From contig OX597824.1 of assembly GCA_951406725.2 (NCBI GenBank), forward strand, positions 69,378,001 through 69,442,000: a stretch of DNA of 64,000 bases. The letters are read 5' to 3'. The notes below the pieces were generated by a model. The model did not search any database. It had not been told where the DNA came from and worked only from the letters and a program-made list of their open reading frames with translations. This document shows, one piece after another, positions 43,140-55,596 of this stretch (the first letter of the stretch is position 1; every line of letters begins with the position of its first letter). The position numbers and the translations under genes are program-made. This stretch comes from Octopus vulgaris (Eukaryota).

Positions 43140-43930
43140 TATATTATCAACAGCATTATCGTTATCGTTACTGCGACCATCATTATCACATTCGCTATAA
43201 TGGCTGCCTGCACCGCCATCAGCATCATCATCATCATCGTCATTGTCATCAACATCATCTGCGACATCAGTGCTATCGTCAATGATATCAAATCACCATT
43301 AATACAAGCACCGTCATCATCATCGCAGCCACCGGTGAAGGCGGAAGTGGCAGGTGGTGGGGGTACGTTTGTCGGCGGAGGTGGTTGCCGGCAATGACAG
43401 TAACGACGGTGGTGATGATGATGATGATGATGGTGGTGGTGACTTTGGAAGCAGTGGAGATGGCAACTGTGGCTGGAGCGGGCGGCGGCAACGCTGAAGG
43501 TGGTAGTGGTGGTGGTAGTGGTGGTGGTGGTGGTGGTGGTGGTGGTGGTGGTGGTAGTGGTGGTGGTAGTGGTGGTGGTAGTGGTGGTGGTGGTGGTACT
43601 GGTGGTGGTGGTGGTTGTGATGGTGGTAGTGGTGGTGGTGCTGGTGCTGCTGGTGGTGGTGGTTGTGATGGTGGTGGTAGTGGTAGTTTTGGTGGTGGTG
43701 GTGCTGGTGGTGCTGGTGGTGGTGGTGGTGGTTTTGGTGGTGGTGGTGGTGGTGCTGGTGGTGGTGGTGATGGTGGTGGTAGTGGTGGTGATATGTGCAG
43801 TGGTAGAGGCGGCGGCAGCGGCTGTGTCGGCGGCGGCGGCCACCCCTCTCTCCTTTTCCTCCTCCTCCCCCTCCTCCTCCTCATCATCATCATCACTATC
43901 ACCACCACCACCGCCGTCATCGTCATGAAC
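43140..43930. repeat. (GGT)n-dominated compound trinucleotide tract
   Basis: Directly visible. Confidence 0.9.
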
Positions 43931-45947
43931 AGTCCATTCTCTTGGTGACGACATTCTCTGACATTTTCACTAAAAGTCAAGATACAACATTATACCACTG
44001 CTCAACACCGCCTTTTTTCCTTTCTTGTTATCGCTATAATTCTTCTTATTACTGTTGTTATTGTTATTCCTGTTACAGCACTTGCGGATTTCACTATATA
44101 TTTCTCTTTTCCCTGTATATATGTGTGTATATATGTGTGTATATATGTGTGTATATATGTGTGTGTTTCTTGCCTCGTGATTCTTGTTTTTGTCGTTACT
44201 ATCGTTATTGTTGTTATTGTTGTTGTCTTTATTGACGGTGTTGTTGTTGTTGCTGGTGGTGGTGGTGGTGTTGTATTGTTTTTTGCTGTTGTTGTTGTTA
44301 TTGGTTATTTCGTCTTTTTTGTTTTATCTTTTTGTCCTTTCTTTACTCTTTACATGACAAAAGTTGTTCTGTAAATGAAACCACTTCATACATCATGCAG
44401 CTAATAACCTTTTCCTCTGCCTTCTCTCCTCCTCGTCATCGTCCGCATCCCCATCACCGCACCTCCCTCCTGCCTCTCCTCTCTCTCTACACTTTAATCC
44501 ATTTTGCTGTTGTTTTTTTTTCTTTCGATCGATCTTCATTTCTTTTTTGCGCTCCAACATACATAAAATGTATACATACATTCATACATACATTCATACA
44601 TACATGCATACATACATACATACATGTATACGTACGTACATACATACATACATACATACATACATACATACATACGTACATACATACATACAAACATATA
44701 TACATGCTTATATACATGCATTTATACATACATAATACATACATACAAACATGCATACATACATAAATACATCCGTCATCGGTGCATACATCCATATATA
44801 CATACATACCTAATTACCTACGAACCTACATACATATATACTTATGTACATACATACATATATCCATACATATATAATACATACATAAATACATCCATAC
44901 ATACATATATACATACATACCTACCTACATCCATGCTTATATACATACATATATATACATACATACATGCATATATGCATACATTTATACATGCAAAAGT
45001 GCATATATGCATATGTATAATGATATACATATGTATAATGATATACATATGTATATACATATGTATAATGATATGCATATGTATATACATATATGCATAC
45101 ATACCTACCTACATCCATGCATATATACATACATATATATACATACATACATACATACATACATACATACATACATACATACATACATACATACATGCAT
45201 ATATGCATACATTCATACATACAAAAGTGCATATATGCATATGTATAATGCTATGTATATATGTGCGTGTTATAATTTTAAAGCAAATTTTAAAACAAAG
45301 CAACAACGGAACTTTCACCGACAGATCCAATACTGAGCGTAGAGTCAAATATATTATACTATAAATACACGTGCTTAGATCTCTGCTGCCTATGTCCACA
45401 AGAGGTTTTTCCGTCTCTTTTATCGTTACTCTCACAATCAGCCGTAATAGATTTACCCTGATTTATAACCCAAGTGGTTAAAGACATTCTGTTATCGGTA
45501 TTGCCGTTGTTCTAAATTTTTTTTGCCGTACCTATTTAGTTTACTGCTAGGTTTTGGGGTTTTTTGTTCGATACTCCTTGGCAATTGTGGCAGCGAAGTT
45601 GTTGATAACATCGGGAAAAGTGTTTATATTCGGAGCGTTCAGCATCTGTCACTGTCTTTATCGAAGATCACTGATGAAGAGTGTAAAAGCGTGCATGATT
45701 TTTTTCTACAAATGATATATAAATAGTACAGCGTTTTCCTGAAACGTGTGTATGCTCCATTAAAGCGTTGAATACCATTACACACAATAGCCTGCTACAA
45801 GATTGATGAGCCACGTCGTACTAGACTGGGGACTAAATTAAAGAGCAGAATCCACTTGACAACTCGTTATTTTGTTACGTGTCACACTTCACATCTTTAT
45901 ATATCTATAGCTATCTATTTATACATACATATGTGTGTTTGTGTGTG

Positions 45948-46014
<67 letters not shown>

Positions 46015-46090
46015 GTATATGTATATATGCATCCATGCATACAAATATATATATATATAGAAAAATATATGCATACAGGTCTATAAATAT

Positions 46091-46139
<49 letters not shown>

Positions 46140-46150
46140 CACACGATTAT

Positions 46151-46189
<39 letters not shown>

Positions 46190-46199
46190 GATTATGGTA

Positions 46200-47460
46200 T
46201 AGAAGTAATTACCTTCTGGCTAGAAAAATACCCAGAAGAGAGCCCAGGACGCATCAACCAGAGATACATAATCGCAGCACTGAGATCAACTATTTCATGT
46301 TCGATACAGTTTACTATCGACAAAAATGTGGAATTACAATGGGAACCCGAGCTGCTCCAATGATTGCGAACCTTGTATTGGGTTACCTAGGATGTAAGTT
46401 ATGCCAATCATCACTGCAAAAATATGGCACCTCATTTCATTGCTATTTTAAAGAGAACTGGAAGAGGTATTTACAAGATTGCTTTATACTTTGAAATGAC
46501 AGCATGGACAAACTTCTCGATTTCAACAATATGCTCAACAATATCAATAGCAACAATGGGACACAGTAACAAACAACTCCCTTTTCTTGACATCTTAATA
46601 AAAATAGTCAATAACCATATCGAGACAGACATCTTCTATAAACCCACAGATTCAAAACAATATCTATTATTCAACTCATGCCAACCCAAATACATAAAAA
46701 TTAATATACCTTATAATCTAGCGAAAAGAATCTGTACCATAGTTTCGGACACCAATACTCGTGAACGAAGACTCCTTGAACTCAGATCAATACTAATCTA
46801 GAGATCATTACCTAACATCATTAATAAATGATGGAATTAAACGAGCAATGGAAATAGACATACGAACATTAAGGGAAGTCAACCGAAATACTACACCAGA
46901 CTTAAAAATCCTCCCATAAATCTCCACACATAACCTTTGAATCAATGAAGCCTTCAACATTATCATCCAAAATCTACCCATCCTCGCAGGAAAAAAACAT
47001 GCACAAAATTATCATGAGTAAAATGCAACCGAAACCATTGAAAAAAAATATTAACCAACGCGAGACTATAAATATCCATTAACAACAAACCAAAAGGGAA
47101 AAAATGCGGTCGGCCTAACTTTGGCGCATGTCCCCACTTATTGGAGGGTACAGAGTTCCATTTTAAACAAGGTGAAAGGTTCAAGATTAAATCAAATTTC
47201 ACCTATGCCTCGGAAAACCTAATTTATTCCATTACCTGCTTAGGGTGTCGTGAACCACTCATCACAAGGAACAAATCCGCCACCCACAATACAGATAGAT
47301 ACAGGTCAGGGAACATATAGAAGGGTGTGCTAGGAACCTTAATCCTAACTTCCTAATTTTCCCCTTCTATCAATGTTCACAGAACATCACAGTGCAGCAA
47401 AGAATGAACAAGGGGGCAACTTTCATCAATAAATTTCATCCATAAACTAACATTAACACA
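46200..47460 (+). pseudogene. Penelope-like element: RT, thumb, Zn-knuckle and GIY-YIG relic
   Basis: YRQKCGITMGTRAAPMIANLVLGYL, WKRYLQDCF (RYxDD), LPFLDILI, DIFYKPTDSKQYLLFNSCQP, KCGRPNFGACPH and NLIYSITCLGC; frameshifted. Confidence 0.9.
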
Positions 47461-47648
47461 TAACATAATACAGAACACAACTAACCGTACCAATAATACC
47501 ACTAACCCCCATACATCCCATACACCATCCATATTACAGTATTATATCTACCCTAACTGCATCACATCCAGGACTACTTACCTGCCTTACACATAATCTT
47601 TTTTACTCAGGGACTACTAAACCCAAAACCGTTTGGTAATCGGTGCGT

Positions 47649-47696
47649 ATTCAAAGCCAGTGAACAGTAACTGATGAAACCGGTATGACTTTGAAT
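47649..47696 (+). ncRNA. Degenerate hammerhead in the Penelope 3' pLTR
   Basis: Stem I ATTCAAAGCCA/TGACTTTGAAT encloses ...CAGtaaCTGAT-GAAA-CCGG-TA; the CUGANGA box is damaged. Confidence 0.5.
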
Positions 47697-47839
47697 CCCT
47701 TTAACAATTCATAATAATGACATTTATTCCTGTTAATTCTACCTCAGTTCATTTAATTGTATATATATTTATCGTTACTTTTCATAAATAAAGCCTTTAT
47801 ATTTTTTTGATATCCAGATAGATAAATAAATAGATAGAT

Positions 47840-47911
<72 letters not shown>

Positions 47912-47968
47912 CAGAGAAACAGACAGACCGACAGACAAGCAGACAGATAGATAAAGAGAGAGAGAAAG

Positions 47969-48024
<56 letters not shown>

Positions 48025-48354
48025 GTTTCGATTCACCCTAACATATGTACTCAAGCACTATCAAACACACATACACACATCACATATCATAGAAACACAC
48101 ATCTGTACACCTACCCCACCTCGACACTCTCACTGACTTCACCCACACACATCTATTACCAAGAACCCTAAGTGGACATTTCGTTTCAGTAGTTTGTCGG
48201 TAAGAGATCGTATTATTTCAAACGCCAAAGTCTGAAACTTGAGACAACGTCTGGCACTGAAGACATTTTCAGAGAAATGTTAAAAGGTTATCTCAGGAAA
48301 ACCGCATGACAAGAGGACATGGAGGTCTACTTCATTTTGTTAATGTTGTTGTTG

Positions 48355-48441
<87 letters not shown>

Positions 48442-48587
48442 GTGGTGGTGTTATTGATCTAGTTAGTGTTGATTTTGTTATAATTTACGAAATGAATGAC
48501 TTTTTATTTCAGCTATATGTGTATTATATATCTATCTTTCTACCTATTTCCCTGTCTCCTCTCTTTCACTTTCTCTCTATGTGTGTT

Positions 48588-48619
<32 letters not shown>

Positions 48620-48888
48620 AGTTGGCGAGTGTGTGTGTGTGTGTATACATACATACATATATAAATACACACGCATATATATTTATTTATTTATAAATAT
48701 ATATCGTATATACAAATATGTACATGTATATATATATATAATCAGAGGGAGAAAGGTACGGATGTATATACATGTGTATACATACATATATACATGCATG
48801 CATGCATGCATACATACAAACATGCATACGCATGTATAATGAAAAGTGTCAGCTTACTTTTGAGATGCCTGTGTATATATATGTATAT

Positions 48889-48926
<38 letters not shown>

Positions 48927-49285
48927 GTATTTGTGTATGCGCGTAAATTCGAACATATACATCTGTACTACATTTATGCATAGATATAAATGTTCTTATG
49001 CGTGTGTATAATAGACAGAGATAAATTCATGTTTAAATATACATCTATGTATCTAACAATCGATTCATATATGGGTGAGAAAGAGAGAGAGAGAGAACGA
49101 AAGAGAGAGAGAGAGGTGGGAAAGGAAGAAAGACTGAAAGTGCAGCCGCATTGTCAATGTGCTTGGAGCCTTTAAAAAGATATATTAAACATATTTTATA
49201 CACATAGATATAGATAAATACAAACCGGTCTCAATACATACATATACATACATCAATATATACATATCAACTCACACACGCACGC

Positions 49286-49330
<45 letters not shown>

Positions 49331-49668
49331 CACATAAAAACACACACGCACACATGCAAGTCGTTCTAACGTCACGCATTCTCCCTTTCGTTTTATATCT
49401 GTTGCTCCACATTCAATTCTCTCTCCTCTCATTCTCTTTCTCTTCCTGTCAGTCTCTCCCTCCCTCCTCTCTCTCAATATATACATATCAACGCACACAC
49501 GCACGCACACACACACACACACACACAAACACGCACGCACGCACGCATATAAAAGTTGTGCCAAACCAAGTTCAATACGCTCCGAAATGCTGCAAATTTT
49601 CTAAAGTTAAAGACAATAAATAAAATAAGAAAGAATACACACGTTCTTGCACATGATGACCAAAAAGG

Positions 49669-49721
<53 letters not shown>

Positions 49722-49799
49722 GGACTTTTGGACCACTCTGTATATACATACATACATACACACACACACATACATACATACATGCTTCAACATGTGATC

Positions 49800-49997
49800 T
49801 CTTGAGCACCACCAGCAAAATATCTTTTTCCTCTGTCTTCCCTTCTCGGGATCTTTCCTTCTCCTTTGTTTCCGACGAAGAGCTCCGCTCGAAACGTTAA
49901 GCCCTCCTTCCCTTCTTTCCTGAGCGTCAAATAATACTTTAATTGTTCCACGTCCTCGCGTTGCTGTGTTTTTTTCTGTGTTTTCTTGTTTGGATTA

Positions 49998-50002
<5 letters not shown>
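49800..50002 (+). mobile_element. ~200-bp pLTR-like element with a minimal hammerhead (49868-49902)
   Basis: GTTT-CCGACGA-A-GAGC tcc GCTC-GAAA-CG-TT-AAGC; runs into (TA)n. Confidence 0.65.
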
Positions 50003-50061
<59 letters not shown>

Positions 50062-50171
50062 CATATATATATATGTGCATATGTATATTGTGACACACAG
50101 CTGTCACTACATAAATCTGATGATTGCGTTAGGGATGAAAGTACTAGTTAATTTCAATATCGTGAAAATGT

Positions 50172-50204
<33 letters not shown>

Positions 50205-50229
50205 AATTCTATATATAAATTCTAAATTT

Positions 50230-50370
50230 TCAAAGTAGGATCGCTCCAGCCACTTTGTGAAGGCCCCCATGGAAGTCCTCCTAAGTGAAAGTGTCCACAA
50301 TCCTTGACACTGCCTCCGTCATCTTCAAAAACGGCTGTTCCTGAAGCTTTCCTTCAGCTTGGGAATCAAT
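50230..50370 (-). pseudogene. Mariner transposase C-terminal relic
   Basis: Minus strand EAVSRIVDTFT*EDFHGGL resembles the mariner C-terminal helix region. Confidence 0.45.
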
Positions 50371-50388
50371 CAATATTTATAGAGAACA

Positions 50389-50623
50389 GGGCGGCGAGCT
50401 GGCAGAATCGTTAGCATGCCGGGCGAAGTGCTTAGCGGTATTTCATCTGCCGTTACGTTCTGAGTTCAAACTCCGCCGCCGAGGTCGACATTGCATTTCG
50501 TCCTTTTGGGGTCGATTAAATAAATACCAGTTAAGCACTGGAATCGATATAATCAACTTAAACCCTTTGTCTGTCATTGTTTGTCCCCTCTATGTTTAGC
50601 CCCCTGTGGTCAACAAAGAAATA
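50389..50623 (+). mobile_element. SINE family A with degenerate 17-bp TSD
   Basis: AATATTTATAGAGAACA (50372-50388) versus AATATTTACAGAGTACA (50624-50640). Confidence 0.85.
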
Positions 50624-50797
50624 AATATTTACAGAGTACAAGGCCTCGACTTAAGGGATAGTTTGATGCTCTACCATCCCTCTACCTTGCATACATCTCA
50701 TCGTTTCTCAGCCCTTCTCTACCGTTTTAGAACCTCTTGTTTGGGCTATCTTCTATCTGCTTATTTGGCTCTATTTTCTCTATCTACCAATTAATTT

Positions 50798-50861
<64 letters not shown>

Positions 50862-50950
50862 TTTTACTATTTCTCAAACCCTCGTTGCTGTCCATATATC
50901 TGTCTCTTTATATATGCATGTATATGTATATATGTATATCTATATATCTA

Positions 50951-51035
<85 letters not shown>

Positions 51036-51036
<1 letters not shown>

Positions 51037-52724
51037 AAAACTACGAAGCGGTGACAGGAGCGAAATTCAACCGGGAAAAGTCAGTGGGCTTGCGACTAGG
51101 CACCTGGAGAAGCAAGCCCATGCCGTCCACCAGCGCCTCCGTCGTGGGACGCTGGACCGACGGCCCGGTTGAGTTGCTCGGGGTCTGGTTTGGTCCGGAC
51201 CTCCAAGTGGAGAAGAACTGGAACGAGATAACGAGTAGGGTGGTCACTCTCGCCCGGCAATGGGCCGAGAGGAAACTGTCCCTAAAAGGTCGGGCGGAGG
51301 TGGCGAACACGTACATCGCGTCCGTCATCTACTACCGCCTGACTGTCGTACCTTGTCCCGACCCTACCATCACCAAACTACAACGCATTCTCTTTCGCTT
51401 CTTGTGGAAAGGATGCGTCCCGATGGTCAGGCGATCCATTTGCTGTCAACACCCGTTAAAAGGAGGGCTGGGCATGCCGTGGTTGATGATGCGCAGACAC
51501 GCGCTGAGACTGCGACATCTCTGGCTCTATGTAGACGACGGTGAACAGGTGTGGTCGCCGTTTGTGAGGCACGCTTTCTCGCAGCTCGTCTCCATGTCCG
51601 AACTGCAGTCGTGGATCAAAAAGAGGCCGAAGAAGGGCGAATGGCACCGCGAGTGTCGCGTTGCTCTCAAGCAACTCTGCCGTCCTGGGTCGACCTTGAG
51701 TGACTTCAACACAACCAAAGCATTCTATAGGGGTTTAGTGGAGGGGAGGTACGACGACGAGCTCGGGGCGAACCTGGACGTCGACGAGGAGTACCTGACC
51801 CGCCTGTTCAGGACGACTTTCGGGCCAGGGCCCATGGACAACTTCCAGAGATCCCTGGCCTGGCAGTGCTACCGAGAAGCGCTACCCGTTCGGAATAAGC
51901 TCTACAGACACGGCTCGAGAAACACGGGGCCGACCTGCCCGAGATGCGGTCAGAGCGACGAAACCGTTCTGCACGCACTCGTGCAGTGTCCAACAATTTC
52001 CGACCTGTGGGCTTGTGTCGAACAACTGCTGTCACGTGTGGGACGAGTCGGTTTATCAGCCGAGTCTATCGTCAATATTGTCACGCCTCCCTCCTTCAAA
52101 CGGGAAGGAAGAGCTATTTTCATCATCCTTGTGGCTATGGCGAAAGAATGTATCTGGTGGACGCGTCTGAAAGGATTGGAGACAAACACTTTCCTCTCTG
52201 GTCAATCTCTCATCAACTTCTTCAAGTACCACTTGAAAAGGAAAGTGAGAGTAGAGAGGCAAGTTTTGTCTAGCGAATGTTTTAAAAAAAGATGGGTGAA
52301 TGTAGCAAGAATGGCACGTATGAATGACGAAGCCACCTTGAGCATGATCCTATGAACCCAGAAATTGAAAACAGAGAGTTGCTTATTTGCAAAAAAAAAA
52401 AAATATATAACATGTGACTCCATTGACCGAGGTTACCGTGGTCTTTTCCGTAGGCTTTTCTTTCCACGGGTAAACCTCACCTGTCCTCCCCTTTACACTT
52501 CATATTGACATTTCTGTGATAACGATCCCTATTGATCAATTTTTTTTTTTCTCTCCCCCTTTTTTTTTAACCCCCCTTTTTTTTGTCCTCTTTCTCTCCT
52601 TTTACGATATCCCTTTTGATCGAAACTCCCCCTTCCTTTTTTTTTTTTTAAACCTTCAAAAGAAAAGCTCTACCTTGTAATTTGTTCTATCTGTGTGCAG
52701 CCCTGTGTGGCTAATAAAGAAACA

Positions 52725-52727
<3 letters not shown>
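51036..52727 (+). mobile_element. 5'-truncated Tx1-clade (L1 group) LINE inserted in (TCTA)n
   Basis: Uninterrupted ORF2 end followed by a T-rich 3' UTR ending GCAGCCCTGTGTGGCTAATAAAGAAACA; (TCTA)n on both sides. Confidence 0.9.
51051..52355 (+). CDS. Tx1-type ORF2 C-terminal portion (end of RT, thumb, CCHC zinc knuckle); 5'-truncated, no true start
   Basis: TGAKFNREKS, LLGVWFG, RKLSLKGRAEVAN, FLWKG, PLKGGLGMP and CPRCGQSDETVLHALVQC (CX2CX7HX4C). Confidence 0.88.
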   Translation: MTGAKFNREKSVGLRLGTWRSKPMPSTSASVVGRWTDGPVELLGVWFGPDLQVEKNWNEITSRVVTLARQWAERKLSLKGRAEVANTYIASVIYYRLTVVPCPDPTITKLQRILFRFLWKGCVPMVRRSICCQHPLKGGLGMPWLMMRRHALRLRHLWLYVDDGEQVWSPFVRHAFSQLVSMSELQSWIKKRPKKGEWHRECRVALKQLCRPGSTLSDFNTTKAFYRGLVEGRYDDELGANLDVDEEYLTRLFRTTFGPGPMDNFQRSLAWQCYREALPVRNKLYRHGSRNTGPTCPRCGQSDETVLHALVQCPTISDLWACVEQLLSRVGRVGLSAESIVNIVTPPSFKREGRAIFIILVAMAKECIWWTRLKGLETNTFLSGQSLINFFKYHLKRKVRVERQVLSSECFKKRWVNVARMARMNDEATLSMIL

Positions 52728-52794
<67 letters not shown>

Positions 52795-53147
52795 CGGGTA
52801 AACCTTACTTGCTTTCCCCTTTACACCATATATCATAACACTGTGATACACGATCCCTATTGATCGTTTTTTTCCCTCTTCCCCTTTTTTTCCCTTTTTT
52901 TCTTCTTTTTTCATTTCTCTTTTCTTTTGTTCCTTTTCCTTTTCATCTTTTTTTATTTTTATCTTTTTATTATTTATTTTATCTTTTTTGTTCTTTTCTT
53001 CCCTTTTACGATCCCTCTTGATCGAAAACCTACGCCACCCCTTTTTTTGTTTCTTTTGTTTTTTGTTTTTTCCATCCCCCAAAAGGAAAGCTCTACCTTG
53101 TAACTTGTCCCATCTGTGTGCAGCCCTGTGTGGCCAATAAAGAAACG

Positions 53148-53148
<1 letters not shown>
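52795..53148 (+). mobile_element. Second, diverged Tx1 3'-UTR-only copy in the same (TCTA)n array
   Basis: ACGGGTAAACCT...CGATCCCTATTGATC...AAAGCTCTACCTTGTAA...GCAGCCCTGTGTGGCCAATAAAGAAACG aligns to 52466-52727. Confidence 0.85.
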
Positions 53149-53208
<60 letters not shown>

Positions 53209-53223
53209 GTCTGTCTGTCTATC

Positions 53224-53311
<88 letters not shown>

Positions 53312-53334
53312 AATCTATCTATCTATCCATAAGT

Positions 53335-53631
53335 AATCTGGAGAATCTCATAAGTTTCTGTAACGTATTTGTCCAGTTTTGAACAAAAATATATTACATA
53401 GCAAGCTTCCAAACTGCATTCCAAACTTCCCGGCTGCATTCTGCAAACAAGTCAGCTGTGTGGCAACCCGTGTTCAAAGTACCCTTACAGCCATCTCCTT
53501 CAATCTGGAATAACAAAAGTTGGCAGGTCAGCTTATTGGATGTTGAGCAGTAATATAGTAAAATAGCAATAAGCTAGCACAACTATAAATGTTTCTGCGA
53601 CAAAAAGTCTCAAAACCACTGGAATGCCCCT

Positions 53632-53634
<3 letters not shown>
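53335..53634 (-). pseudogene. Mariner 5' end relic
   Basis: Minus strand starts ACGAGGGGCATTCC (mariner-like TIR start) and encodes [19 protein letters not shown] (compare the mariner N-terminal IKFCxKLGKxATET). Confidence 0.6.
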
Positions 53635-53682
<48 letters not shown>

Positions 53683-54134
53683 ATAAATACATAGTCGGAC
53701 ATACATTCATACATCCATTCATTCATACATAAATACATACATACATACATACATACATACATACATACATACATACATACATACATACATACATACATAC
53801 ATACATAGACTTCTCAAAACCGGAAAGGAGAAAGCTAATTCGAAGACTACAGATCCAAGACATCATTGGAACTATGAAAATCTATAAAACTTACCAGAAG
53901 TTTTTCATTTAAGTATATAGGAGCATGTCTAGAAATGCAAGTATATGCATGAGAAGACATGCACAAAACAAAATTTACAAATCTGCACATATACATACAT
54001 ACATACATACATACATACAAACATACATACAAGCATACATACATACATACATACATACATACATACATACATACATACATACATACATACATACATACAT
54101 ACATACATACATACATACATACATACATACAATC

Positions 54135-54342
54135 GCCATGTTGAATCGCTAGCTTCTGCACGCATTTTTTTTCTCTCCTTGTTTCTCTCCGTGTTTCTTT
54201 TCTGTGTATCTTTCTGTTGAAGAGCGTAGGCTCGAAACGTAAAAGACATGTTTTATTTATATTCCTGAGCGCCATACTAATACAATTGTTTGTTTGTACT
54301 CCACCTGCCTTCGTCTTTTGTTTATTTTCATAAAGCTTCCCG

Positions 54343-54345
<3 letters not shown>
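54135..54345 (+). mobile_element. ~200-bp pLTR-like element with a minimal hammerhead-like motif (54209-54246)
   Basis: TCTTT-CTGTTGA-A-GAGC gtag GCTC-GAAA-CG-TA-AAAGA; embedded in (CATA)n. The tail also occurs at 25335-25400 and a fragment at 18911-18975. Confidence 0.7.
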
Positions 54346-54373
<28 letters not shown>

Positions 54374-54733
54374 CATACATACATACATACATACATACAT
54401 ACATACATACATACACACATGCAAAAATACCCTGTTGGTGTTGTTGAAATACCAGTGAAGGAGCCTTGGATCTAGGCTAGAAACTGTCTCTCTATCTGAA
54501 AGAAATCTTGAAATAAAACTGAATAATGACACACACGTATACATACATACATACATACATACATACATACATACATACATACATACATACATACATGCAT
54601 GCATGCATACATACATACATACATACATACATACATACATACATACATACATACATACATACATACATACATACATGCATACATACATACATACATACAT
54701 ACATACATACATACATACATACATACATACATA

Positions 54734-55061
54734 GGAGCACTTCGTCAGTTGCGACGACGAGGGTCCCAGCTGATACGATCAACGGAACAGCTTGCTCGTG
54801 AAATTAACGTGCATGTGGCTGAGCACTCCACAAACACGTGTACCCTTAACGTTGTTCTCGAAGAGATTCAGCGTGACACAGAGTTGTGACAAGGCTGATC
54901 CTTTGAAATAAAGTTACTACTCATTTTTGCCAGCTGAGTGGACTGGAGCAACGTGAAATAAAGTGTGAAGGCGCGTGGTTTAGTGGTTAGGAGCATTCGG
55001 CTCATGATCGTAATGTCGTGAGTTCAATCCCCGGCGGCGCGTTGTGTCCTTCAGCAAGACA
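54734..55061. mobile_element. SINE with an inverted 5' head
   Basis: Body on minus (54734-54966) is joined directly to its own tRNA head on plus (54967-55061). Confidence 0.85.
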
Positions 55062-55105
55062 TAAATACATACATACATACATACATACATACATACATAC
55101 ATACA

Positions 55106-55136
<31 letters not shown>

Positions 55137-55565
55137 GTATAGAAATTAAATATAAAATATAAATTACAAAGTGGGACAAGAACGCAAACACACACAAAGA
55201 GACGACACAAAAAAACAGACGGGTCACTCGTAGCCTCTAATCTTCAGTCGGGAACCGGATCATCTTAGTAATTTCGGCTGTTTAATCTCGATATCACTCC
55301 GACCCGGCCAGCCCCAAGGAAAAACCAAGCCACAGGCATTGGATTTCTTGGAAAGAGGATCGAATGTATACGGAACAAAGACAGGATGCCACACGAATAT
55401 AAATACAAGAAACAAAAATAGAAATAAAAAACAGAAATAAAAAACATGAATGGTGGACAGTACTTACGACTTTAGACAATTTTTAACTTATCTTGGCTGC
55501 ATACATACATACATACATACATACATACATACATACATACATACATACATACATACATACATACA

Positions 55566-55596
<31 letters not shown>

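Noticed and set aside
43139-43980. Gly-, Pro- or Thr-rich ORFs
   Set aside because: (GGT)n microsatellite open on both strands.
50230-53634. One mariner split by SINE and Tx1 insertions
   Set aside because: Orientation and order fit, but most of the transposase is missing and I cannot show matching TIRs.
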